Below, piece by piece: positions 27,922 through 35,767 of a DNA stretch of 63,547 nt. The notes beneath the pieces are model-generated. The model ran no database searches, was not told the origin of the DNA, and saw nothing but the letters and a program-made list of their open reading frames with translations. The stretch comes from Candidatus Bruticola sp. (GTDB taxonomy: Bacteria; Vulcanimicrobiota; Xenobia; Xenobiales; Xenobiaceae), in NCBI GenBank assembly GCA_051874735.1, contig JBJEGD010000034.1:12167-75713 (forward strand), written 5' to 3'. How positions within the stretch are numbered: the first letter of the stretch is position 1; the number at the start of each line of letters is the position of its first letter. A program made the translations under genes and the position numbers.

Positions 27922-29406
27922 ATGCTCGATCAAAATTTATTAACTAAGTTTGCTAAAATACGTGAAGATTTTCCTATTTTACAACAAAAGATCAATGGTA
28001 AACCGATTACTTATTTAGACAGTGCCGCCTCAGCTCAGCAGCCAGACTACGTTATAAACAAAACAATCGACTTTATCCGCCACAGCTACGCTAACATACA
28101 CCGCGGCCTTTATCCTCTATCGGAAGATTCGACAGAGCAATACGACAAAGCCAGGCGTACAGTAGCATCTTTTATAGGCGTTGAGGATGATCCTACAGTT
28201 ATTTTTACCCGCAACACTACAGAATCGATCAACCTGCTAGCTTACACTTGGGGAGAGAAATTTATCAAGGAAGGCGACAGCATTGCCTTACCGGTATTGG
28301 AACATCACTCCGATTTAGTACCCTGGCAACAGTTAGCTCTGCGCAAAAAAGCCATACTGCGCTGGATAGAAGTTCTGCCTGACGGCACGCTCGATCTGGA
28401 ATCACTCGAAGAAGCTCTGTCCCACTCACCTAAACTATTAGCCTTCACCTGGGTATCTAATGTCTTCGGTACTGTCAATCCTGTTCATGACATTGTGTCT
28501 AGAGCCAGAGAACATGGTCCTATTACTATTGCCCTTGATGGTGCTCAAGGAGTCCCCCACTTAAAGACAGATGTAAAGGAATTAGGCGTCGACTTCTTAG
28601 CTTTTTCTGGTCACAAAATGCTAGCTCCCACTGGCATAGGGGTATTGTGGGGCAAGCGCAGCCTTTTAGAGAACATGCCTGCTTTTCTGTTCGGAGGCAG
28701 CATGATTTCGTCGGTCAAGCGCGAGCGCTCATCTTGGGATGAACTTCCCAACCGATTTGAGGCGGGTACTCCCAATATTGTAGGAGCCATAGGACTGGCA
28801 GCAGCTTGCGATTATCTTACAGAAATTGGCCTGGACAATGTCAGAGCTCATGATCAGGCCCTTATGCAGTACGCTATAGATAAACTAAACGATATAGAAG
28901 GAGCTGAAATTTTAGGCCCGGCTGAAGTCAGCAAAAGAGCCGGAGCTCTGTCTTTCTATTTCCGAGGCATTCATCCACACGACATTGCCACTTTGCTTGG
29001 TCGAGAAGGAGTCTGCGTTAGAGCCGGTCATCACTGCTGCCAGCCTCTCATGCGTGAAATTGGCTTTATGGGCACCACTAGAGCTAGCTTTTACGTTTAC
29101 AATAACTTCGAGGATATTGATAGATTAGCTGAAGCGCTGCTTAAAACTGGTGAAGTATTTAAGGGTGCTGTCTGTTCTTCTAAGTGCGCCGGCCGAAAAC
29201 TTAAAGTGATGGTGCAGACGGGGCACCGCCAGCTTTGGCCTAGCTGCTGTCCCAAGGCCTCATGTGCTTCCTGTTTAAGCTTGCCGCCTTCCAGAGCTTT
29301 AGGCAACACTATGGATTCATTGTCTCCCACTTTATCTACTCCTACTATCGATATTACCACTTCGAGAACATCGGGCGGTGCAGCTACTACCGAGCATAAA
29401 GTTTAA
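27922..29406 (+). CDS. sufS: Cysteine desulfurase SufS with C-terminal extension
   Basis: YLDSAA, EHHS, FSGHKM (PLP lysine), FEAGTP, RAGHHC. Confidence 0.95.
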   Translation: MLDQNLLTKFAKIREDFPILQQKINGKPITYLDSAASAQQPDYVINKTIDFIRHSYANIHRGLYPLSEDSTEQYDKARRTVASFIGVEDDPTVIFTRNTTESINLLAYTWGEKFIKEGDSIALPVLEHHSDLVPWQQLALRKKAILRWIEVLPDGTLDLESLEEALSHSPKLLAFTWVSNVFGTVNPVHDIVSRAREHGPITIALDGAQGVPHLKTDVKELGVDFLAFSGHKMLAPTGIGVLWGKRSLLENMPAFLFGGSMISSVKRERSSWDELPNRFEAGTPNIVGAIGLAAACDYLTEIGLDNVRAHDQALMQYAIDKLNDIEGAEILGPAEVSKRAGALSFYFRGIHPHDIATLLGREGVCVRAGHHCCQPLMREIGFMGTTRASFYVYNNFEDIDRLAEALLKTGEVFKGAVCSSKCAGRKLKVMVQTGHRQLWPSCCPKASCASCLSLPPSRALGNTMDSLSPTLSTPTIDITTSRTSGGAATTEHKV

Positions 29407-29428
29407 GAAAGGGAAGTAATATAAAGTT

Positions 29429-29896
29429 ATGCATGCAGACAACTTGATAGATGACGATCTTTACCGTCAGATTATTCTCGACCATTATTCAAGACCGCGC
29501 CACAACTGCCATTTGGCAAATCCGACTATAACTACTGAAGGTAATAATCCAACCTGCGGCGACGAAATAGAACTAGACTTAAAGATAGAAAACGGCATCA
29601 TAACAGACGTCGGTTTCGTAGGTGAGGGCTGTTCTATTTCAGTGGCTTCTTCTTCGATGCTAGCTGATACTATAAAAGGCAAGCCCATTACCGAAGTTCT
29701 CAAAATAGCCCACGCTTTTAAAGCCCGTCTCCTGAGCCATGAAAATGAAGAAGCAGCCAAACAAGCTGAAGAAGTCGACGTTGGAGAATTAGAAGCTCTC
29801 GACGGTGTCAAAGATTACCCAGTGCGCATAAAATGCGCTCTTTTAAGTTGGAATACGCTGCTTTCAGCCTTAGAAAACAGCCCCTCAGCCCAATAA
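29429..29896 (+). CDS. sufU: SufU sulfur-transfer protein
   Basis: ILDHY, NPTCGD, GCSIS.ASSS, RIKCALL.W. Confidence 0.93.
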   Translation: MHADNLIDDDLYRQIILDHYSRPRHNCHLANPTITTEGNNPTCGDEIELDLKIENGIITDVGFVGEGCSISVASSSMLADTIKGKPITEVLKIAHAFKARLLSHENEEAAKQAEEVDVGELEALDGVKDYPVRIKCALLSWNTLLSALENSPSAQ

Positions 29897-29902
29897 GGAG
29901 AT

Positions 29903-30406
29903 TTGCATAAAGTGACTTTAGACAAAGAAGATATGCAGCCTTTGCTGCAGGCCCAGTGTTTTCCTTACAATCCAGACGATATTGAACCTTCTCAAGAAAG
30001 TGCAGAAAATCGAGCCTCAGTAACGGCGGAGAAGCCAGACCAGGTGCCTATAGCTACGGATAAGAATCAGAACGTTTCTGAAGAAGTTGACGCTCCTTTC
30101 CCTACTGAAGCCCAAGTTAGAGAGGCCCTCAGCGAGGTTAACGATCCGGAAATAGGCATGAGCATTATAGAATTAGGTTTAGTCTATGACATAATTATGG
30201 ATCATGAGCAACGCTCTGTGACTATCAATATGACCTTAACTAGTCCTGGATGCCCTTTAGGACCGGAAATTACCAGCGCGGCCTATTTGGCTATCACCCG
30301 CATCAAAGGTGTAAAAGACTGCCGAGTGAACTTAGTTTGGACTCCCATGTGGGATCCAGAGACTCATCCTACAGAAGAAGCCAGAGCAGCCCTAGGCTTC
30401 TGGTAA
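29903..30406 (+). CDS. sufT: DUF59/SufT Fe-S maturation protein
   Basis: V.DPEIG.SIIELGLVY, MTLTSPGCP, VWTPMW; exact start uncertain. Confidence 0.85.
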   Translation: MHKVTLDKEDMQPLLQAQCFPYNPDDIEPSQESAENRASVTAEKPDQVPIATDKNQNVSEEVDAPFPTEAQVREALSEVNDPEIGMSIIELGLVYDIIMDHEQRSVTINMTLTSPGCPLGPEITSAAYLAITRIKGVKDCRVNLVWTPMWDPETHPTEEARAALGFW

Positions 30407-30450
30407 AAAGCTGAAAACGCTCTGCATCCGTCCCGATTAAGTATTCCTCT

Positions 30451-31026
30451 CTACTTTTTAATCCAGAGAGCCGGACGGATGCATCCCCCGCTGCAATCAA
30501 CGCTGAAGTCGTTAAAAACGACTCCATTACTGTAGACATAAGTGGCATTGCCGAAATAGCCAGGCCAGCGCAACCACCACCAAGCATAAAATCCGTCGCT
30601 GCACTCCTCTTCAGCAGCATACATGTCGGCGCCCATACGCTGGGCGTACGGAGTAGCGATGCAAAAGCGCTCGGAGCGCCGACTCAGTTCCTCTCCAAAC
30701 TCCAAAGGACTGAGCAAAAAAACCCGATCGATAGTGACGCTGTCTTGAGGAGTATCGTAAATTTGGGATGCGCTGTTGTCTAAACTGACAGGTTCTATGA
30801 GCCTCTGCTCTGCCGGGCTGAACGCTAAATTATAAAATTCGTTATTCAACCAAGCACGCAAGCTGCTACCGCTCCACAAAATGGATCCAGCTTCAGTATT
30901 AAAGGGACCGCAATCTAGCCCCCACTTAGAGAGCAGCAGTCGGCGCTCAGCTTCTTCTCTAACAGTGATCCATTTTATAGGCAGTATTTCTCCGTCGCTG
31001 TCTTGGGGATAGTGTCCGAATTCCAT
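30451..31026 (-). CDS. DUF6273-like (CLec/FGE-like fold) protein
   Basis: FG.YPQ, PIKW, W..SSLRAWLN..FY..AFS..E, DRVFLLS, WWWLR.PG, IRPALW. Confidence 0.75.
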   Translation of the reverse strand: MEFGHYPQDSDGEILPIKWITVREEAERRLLLSKWGLDCGPFNTEAGSILWSGSSLRAWLNNEFYNLAFSPAEQRLIEPVSLDNSASQIYDTPQDSVTIDRVFLLSPLEFGEELSRRSERFCIATPYAQRMGADMYAAEEECSDGFYAWWWLRWPGYFGNATYVYSNGVVFNDFSVDCSGGCIRPALWIKK

Positions 31027-31120
31027 TTTTTGTTATATGCGCGCTACCTACCGAACCGTATTGAGCTCTGCAGCCAGACAGCCTTTCTGTTTTTTTTACT
31101 TGATTAACCGCTATTCAGCT

Positions 31121-31876
31121 TCAAAGTAAATTTTTATAAAGTAAAGGAGAATATTTTACCCAAAGGGCCGGACGGACACACAAGCCTATGAAGTCTACAT
31201 TTTTATCGTAACTGAAGCTGCCGCCATAACTTACAAAACCAGCGTTATCTTCCTGCGCCCCTGGACTGCGCAACCACCAACAGCAATCACCCTCGCTATC
31301 GCAAAAGCCTCCCTGATCTTTAGCCGCTAAAGTCAGTGAACAGCGTCTGTCGGCATAATCTTGGAAATAGCTGCGCGCTTCGGAGTAACTAAACAGAAAA
31401 AGGCGATCCCTAGTGTCTCGTCCTCCGCTTTTGCCAAATCGGCAATCCTGTTCAGTATCGTTACTTACGAGCACTTCAGGTATCAAGCTGCGCTCCTCTG
31501 AAGTGAAGGCGCTTTCTATGAATTCACCGTTGAGCCAAGCGCGAATCTCACTGTTTTCCCATCCGGGATAAGGAAGCTGACTGTGGAAAGGACGACAAGC
31601 CAAACACTTCTTAACTACTAACAGCGCAAGGCCCTCTTCAGGTTTAACCTGCAAAACCCGCCACCGAATGGGACTGAGCGGATAAAGGTCTACCACATGT
31701 CGCTGGTCAATTTTATCTACCAGGCGATCTTCTTTAACCTTAAAAGCGCGGCGCTCTTTCTTAGCAATAAACCGCCCCTGCCTGCAGCGACCGAAATCGA
31801 TAGCCTGACCAACACGTATACTCTTAGGTTTAGCCATATTCTGCACCAGCCTTTTTAGTTTCTTTAGCTTGTCCAA
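31121..31876 (-). CDS. DUF6273-like (CLec/FGE-like fold) protein
   Basis: PIRWRVL, WENSEIRAWLN.EF...AFT.EE, DRLFLFS, WWLRSPG, VRPALW; paralog of the adjacent gene. Confidence 0.75.
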   Translation of the reverse strand: MDKLKKLKRLVQNMAKPKSIRVGQAIDFGRCRQGRFIAKKERRAFKVKEDRLVDKIDQRHVVDLYPLSPIRWRVLQVKPEEGLALLVVKKCLACRPFHSQLPYPGWENSEIRAWLNGEFIESAFTSEERSLIPEVLVSNDTEQDCRFGKSGGRDTRDRLFLFSYSEARSYFQDYADRRCSLTLAAKDQGGFCDSEGDCCWWLRSPGAQEDNAGFVSYGGSFSYDKNVDFIGLCVRPALWVKYSPLLYKNLL

Positions 31877-31915
31877 TAGTAGCTTGTGTACAGCCGTAAA
31901 ATGGAAATATTACTA

Positions 31916-32947
31916 TTACTTTTCTAATTCGTAACGAATGGTCTCTTCCTGACCATTTCTTTCAACTACAAATTCAAAAGAACTAGCATTGCGAAGTGTC
32001 ATATAACCTCGATACATTTCTTCAGCACTGCGCGTCGGCACACCGTTAATTGACAACATAATATCGCGGTTTTTCACTCCCATGCGAGCTAGAAGATTGT
32101 CTCCGTTGCGGAAATCTACCCTAGTGCCGTATGGCTGTCCATCTTTCTCTTGGGGGACAACACGCAGCTGTTTAGCCATTTCAGCTGAATTATCCAGAGC
32201 GCGGCGGATATCAGCCATGCTGACCCTCTCTTGTTCACTGTCGCCGCTATCTTGCTTATCGTCTGTCTGAGAGCTGTCTCCACCCTCTTCCTCATTTTGA
32301 GAGCGTTTTTTTACAATAGGACCTGAAGATTTTTCGCTTTCACCATTTTTCAAGCTCAGGCTATCGGCAACAAAAAGCACTTCTTCCTGATCATTTTCAA
32401 AACGCGCCCAAGCAGAATCAACTTCGCTTAAAACGTAGCTGCCTACCCGCTCTCCTTCATCAATAACTTCTACTTGCCCAGGGCCCCACTCAAAAATAGC
32501 CGCCCTAGCCGTAGGCGCAATAAGGGAACCCTGCAGAACTCCCTTGCTAATGTCGCGCTTGTCTTTTTTACTGTTTTTTTTATCAGACTTGGTGTTATCG
32601 GAATTATTAGCCACTCCATGCTCACTAATAACCTGAGACTTGCGGCCTTTAACCTTAGAGGAAGCTTCCTTATTGACAGGCTGACGCAGTGCGGAAGCGA
32701 TATTGCCTACTTGTTCTGAGCTCAGGCGGGAACGCTTGCTCTTCTCAGCCCGTCCAACTTCTATTCCCTTAGGCGCACCTGTAAAATAAGCATCAAGAGA
32801 AGCGGCGCCTATATCGGCGCACAAAGCAGCAGAGCCTATAACTAAGGCCCAAGTAAGGAATCGGTTATAAGAGGAACTGAGCATAACTAGGTTATTTTTT
32901 GGCAATAAAATTTTTTTTCCTCTTGAAGAATAATTTAAGAAGGGCAC
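31916..32947 (-). CDS. gspC: Type II secretion protein C-like with C-terminal PDZ domain
   Basis: N-terminal TM, HR-like LQGSL...AAIF...EGERVG segment, PDZ (MGVKNRDIMLSING...VERNG); start may be ATG 32884. Confidence 0.7.
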   Translation of the reverse strand: MPFLNYSSRGKKILLPKNNLVMLSSSYNRFLTWALVIGSAALCADIGAASLDAYFTGAPKGIEVGRAEKSKRSRLSSEQVGNIASALRQPVNKEASSKVKGRKSQVISEHGVANNSDNTKSDKKNSKKDKRDISKGVLQGSLIAPTARAAIFEWGPGQVEVIDEGERVGSYVLSEVDSAWARFENDQEEVLFVADSLSLKNGESEKSSGPIVKKRSQNEEEGGDSSQTDDKQDSGDSEQERVSMADIRRALDNSAEMAKQLRVVPQEKDGQPYGTRVDFRNGDNLLARMGVKNRDIMLSINGVPTRSAEEMYRGYMTLRNASSFEFVVERNGQEETIRYELEK

Positions 32948-33087
32948 TTATTAAAGCAGAAACGACTTAGAAGGTTTACGCGCCCGTATATAGAAGTTGG
33001 AGCGGCTTGTTGTGAGAGATGCAGACCGTCTGAGTACCGTTGAGAGGTATGATGCCAAGCAATAGACATTTAAGTAAGAGTTGAGCT

Positions 33088-34434
33088 ATGTTCCGCACAG
33101 CGGGTTTAGACTTAGGACATACGGAGACACGCGCAGTATCAGTAGGAATACTTTGGGGGTCTCCTTTAAAATTGGCTCCTGACGCCGATTTAAAATCGCC
33201 TATTGTCAGTATGCCTGCAGATCTGTTAACAATTAGGACTCTGAACGTTCCCAATTCGGAACGAAACATTCAAGGCAGCGTTATCAGAGAAGAGCTGCGC
33301 CTCTCTTTGCCCTTTCCTATCGATGAAGCTTCGTGGGATTGGATTGTTAAAGACGAAAACGCTGCTGTAGCAGTATCTCTGAAGCATCAATTGAGCGAGT
33401 TTAGGGAACAGCACAAGCTGCCTAACGAAGCGATTGTAGATGCCGAGCCCTTTGCTTATCTGCGTATTTGTACTGAGGCCAAAATTGAAGAAGCCTTAGT
33501 CCTCGATTTCGGTTTTTCCAAAACTACTGTATGTGCGATCAAAAACGGATCATTATGCTGGGTTAAAGTTTCTTTCCGAGGAGGAAACAGTTTAACTAAA
33601 GAGATCGCTGCTGCAGAGAAAATTGACGATTCGGAAGCCGAAACGCGCAAACTCACCTTAGGCCTAGATATCCCCCAATGTAAGCAATGGCTGCACAGCA
33701 TAGTTTCTACCAGTTTGCTAGTAGCACCAGTTCCCTTCGATAAAGTTTTTATCTGCGGCGGAGGCGCCCAAATGAAGGGGTTGCCTGAAGAGCTTTCTGA
33801 GCTGTTGGGCCAAACGGCCGAACCTATCCCTATGCCTACAGGGCTCAGTCCTTATACAGATGCAGCAGCTTACGGCACAGCTTTAGCTGGCAAGCCTAGC
33901 TTGCCCAGCATTCAACTTATTCATCAAGCGGAAGACAACAACGCTATCCCTTGGAAATACGCTGTTTGGACAGCTGTACTTTTAATTTTGGCTACCTGTA
34001 GTTTAGAGATTCACCACCACACGGCTGTTACAAGTTTAAAGCAGCAGGTAGCTGTGTACGAAGAAGCAGCTTCTCAAGTCCTTCCTGAATTAGTCAAGGC
34101 CCCTCCTGAGGAGTACCAGAGTACTCTGAACAAACTTACCGAGACAAACGTAGCTAACAAGCGTTCCTCCCCTGAATACATTTTAGAACTCATGGCCCAG
34201 ATGGCTCGTCCTCTGAGCAGACAAGCTAACTTAGAAATACGCGGCTTGGAATTTTCCTCAGAAAAGGCTGTACCAGCTATGACCATCCAAGGGCAAGCCC
34301 GTTCGGTTCAGCAAGTAGAGGAGTTCCGCCAGGGCCTAGAAGGCATACTGCAAAAACCTGAAATTATAGAGAATAAGAAAGGCAGACAAACTACAGTCTC
34401 TTTCTCTATTGAAGGAGAAGTTCCAGCTCCATGA
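33088..34434 (+). CDS. GspL/PilM-like protein (actin-like domain, TM, periplasmic domain)
   Basis: AGLDLG, VLDFGFSKT, ICGGGAQMKGL actin-fold motifs followed by a TM; first gene of the T2SS cluster. Confidence 0.7.
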   Translation: MFRTAGLDLGHTETRAVSVGILWGSPLKLAPDADLKSPIVSMPADLLTIRTLNVPNSERNIQGSVIREELRLSLPFPIDEASWDWIVKDENAAVAVSLKHQLSEFREQHKLPNEAIVDAEPFAYLRICTEAKIEEALVLDFGFSKTTVCAIKNGSLCWVKVSFRGGNSLTKEIAAAEKIDDSEAETRKLTLGLDIPQCKQWLHSIVSTSLLVAPVPFDKVFICGGGAQMKGLPEELSELLGQTAEPIPMPTGLSPYTDAAAYGTALAGKPSLPSIQLIHQAEDNNAIPWKYAVWTAVLLILATCSLEIHHHTAVTSLKQQVAVYEEAASQVLPELVKAPPEEYQSTLNKLTETNVANKRSSPEYILELMAQMARPLSRQANLEIRGLEFSSEKAVPAMTIQGQARSVQQVEEFRQGLEGILQKPEIIENKKGRQTTVSFSIEGEVPAP

Positions 34435-34883
34435 ACCAAGACCTTTCCCGACAGCTGCTTTTTGCGGTTTCTTTGGTAATAGTTGCTCTGCTCTGGGGGA
34501 TTTTTTATGCTCTGCCGCGCTATAAATCAACTTCAGCTGCTGAAGCCAGAGCAGCCAGTTTGCGGTCTGAGCGCAAAAGCATTACCAGAGCCATGCAGGC
34601 TTTTTCCCGTTCTAAGAGTTCTAAAAAGGCTCCCAATCCTAATACAGCAACTTGGATCAATACCTCCATTCTCAAAAATTTAGAGAAAAATGTGGAAAGT
34701 AATAATCCATATAAAAACAGTCAAGGCGTACAGCTAAAGCTTCGCTCTGTAACAGCTGAGCAGATTACGGACATGCTGGATTCCATGCGATCGGCCAACG
34801 TTATAATAAAAAGTTTTAAACTTGACGACAGCGATGGAAACGGACGTTGGAACTTAGAACTGATGGTTGAGGTGCCCTCATGA
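34431..34883 (+). CDS. GspM-like protein
   Basis: N-terminal TM, coiled coil, small ferredoxin-like domain; position after gspL-like gene. Confidence 0.55.
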   Translation: MNQDLSRQLLFAVSLVIVALLWGIFYALPRYKSTSAAEARAASLRSERKSITRAMQAFSRSKSSKKAPNPNTATWINTSILKNLEKNVESNNPYKNSQGVQLKLRSVTAEQITDMLDSMRSANVIIKSFKLDDSDGNGRWNLELMVEVPS

Positions 34884-35767
34884 AGATTCTGCTGAGAGTC
34901 GCAGTTTGGGTAGCCGTTTTCGTACTTGTGCTGCTGCTGCGTTTACCTTACGAGACAATATTAACTAGAGTAATAGCTTCAGCTGAAAGTTCCACAGGCA
35001 TTTCCATTACTTGGGATGAAATGTCCATGGGATTAACCGGCATAAACTTGAATAAGCTTTTAGTAACCATCCCTTCCGGAGGCTACTTTACAGCAGATAA
35101 AGCCTTCGTAGGTTATTCATTAAGCGGTCTGAGCGTAGACTTCACTCAGTATGACTCAGCCAAAGTGTTAGCTGAAGCAAGTAGGCGCAGCAGCTCTCCC
35201 AACTCAGAAGCAGCTGCTTCTAGCGCCTCTTCCTCTGACAGTTCAAACCAGGCTAATATTGTTCCCGGTACCGCATCACTGCGAATTAACGCTTCTGAAC
35301 TTACTTTCAAGAGCGACAATTTAGCTTTAGATACGGGTTCTAAAGACCTCAAAGCGGTTCGTCTCAGCGGTCAGATCACTTATAATTATATCCAAAATAA
35401 GGGAAAAGGAACGTTCGACTTCAAGGTACCATCTCTGAAAGGCTCATTGCCCATTGAGCTGAACAATTTAGAAATAGGCGCCAATATTACCATAGAGCCA
35501 TACGAAGCCAAAGTTTCTTCTGCGGCTCGCTCTTCTACCACAGCAGCTTCAGCAGCTTCTAAGAGTACCTCCGTCAACAGCCTTCTAACCCTTTACAGCC
35601 AGGATGTTACCGGAGAGGGTTCAGTTCTGCTGCGCTCTGTTCCCCAAACCAGTTCACCGACTATTAACGGCGATCTCACCTTTAAAACCAAAATGTTTGG
35701 CACTCATAAAGTCAATATTTCCGGAACTTGGGCTAATCCAGAATGGAATCTTGCAGGAGCACGCTAG
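34880..35767 (+). CDS. GspN-like protein
   Basis: N-terminal TM ending in LP, beta-rich body, C-terminal ISGTWANP; cluster position. Confidence 0.55.
   Translation: MKILLRVAVWVAVFVLVLLLRLPYETILTRVIASAESSTGISITWDEMSMGLTGINLNKLLVTIPSGGYFTADKAFVGYSLSGLSVDFTQYDSAKVLAEASRRSSSPNSEAAASSASSSDSSNQANIVPGTASLRINASELTFKSDNLALDTGSKDLKAVRLSGQITYNYIQNKGKGTFDFKVPSLKGSLPIELNNLEIGANITIEPYEAKVSSAARSSTTAASAASKSTSVNSLLTLYSQDVTGEGSVLLRSVPQTSSPTINGDLTFKTKMFGTHKVNISGTWANPEWNLAGAR

Noticed and set aside
30407-33087. DGR template repeat or reverse transcriptase near the DUF6273-like genes
   Set aside because: No AAC-rich non-coding copy of the variable segment and no RT motifs seen by eye here or elsewhere in the window
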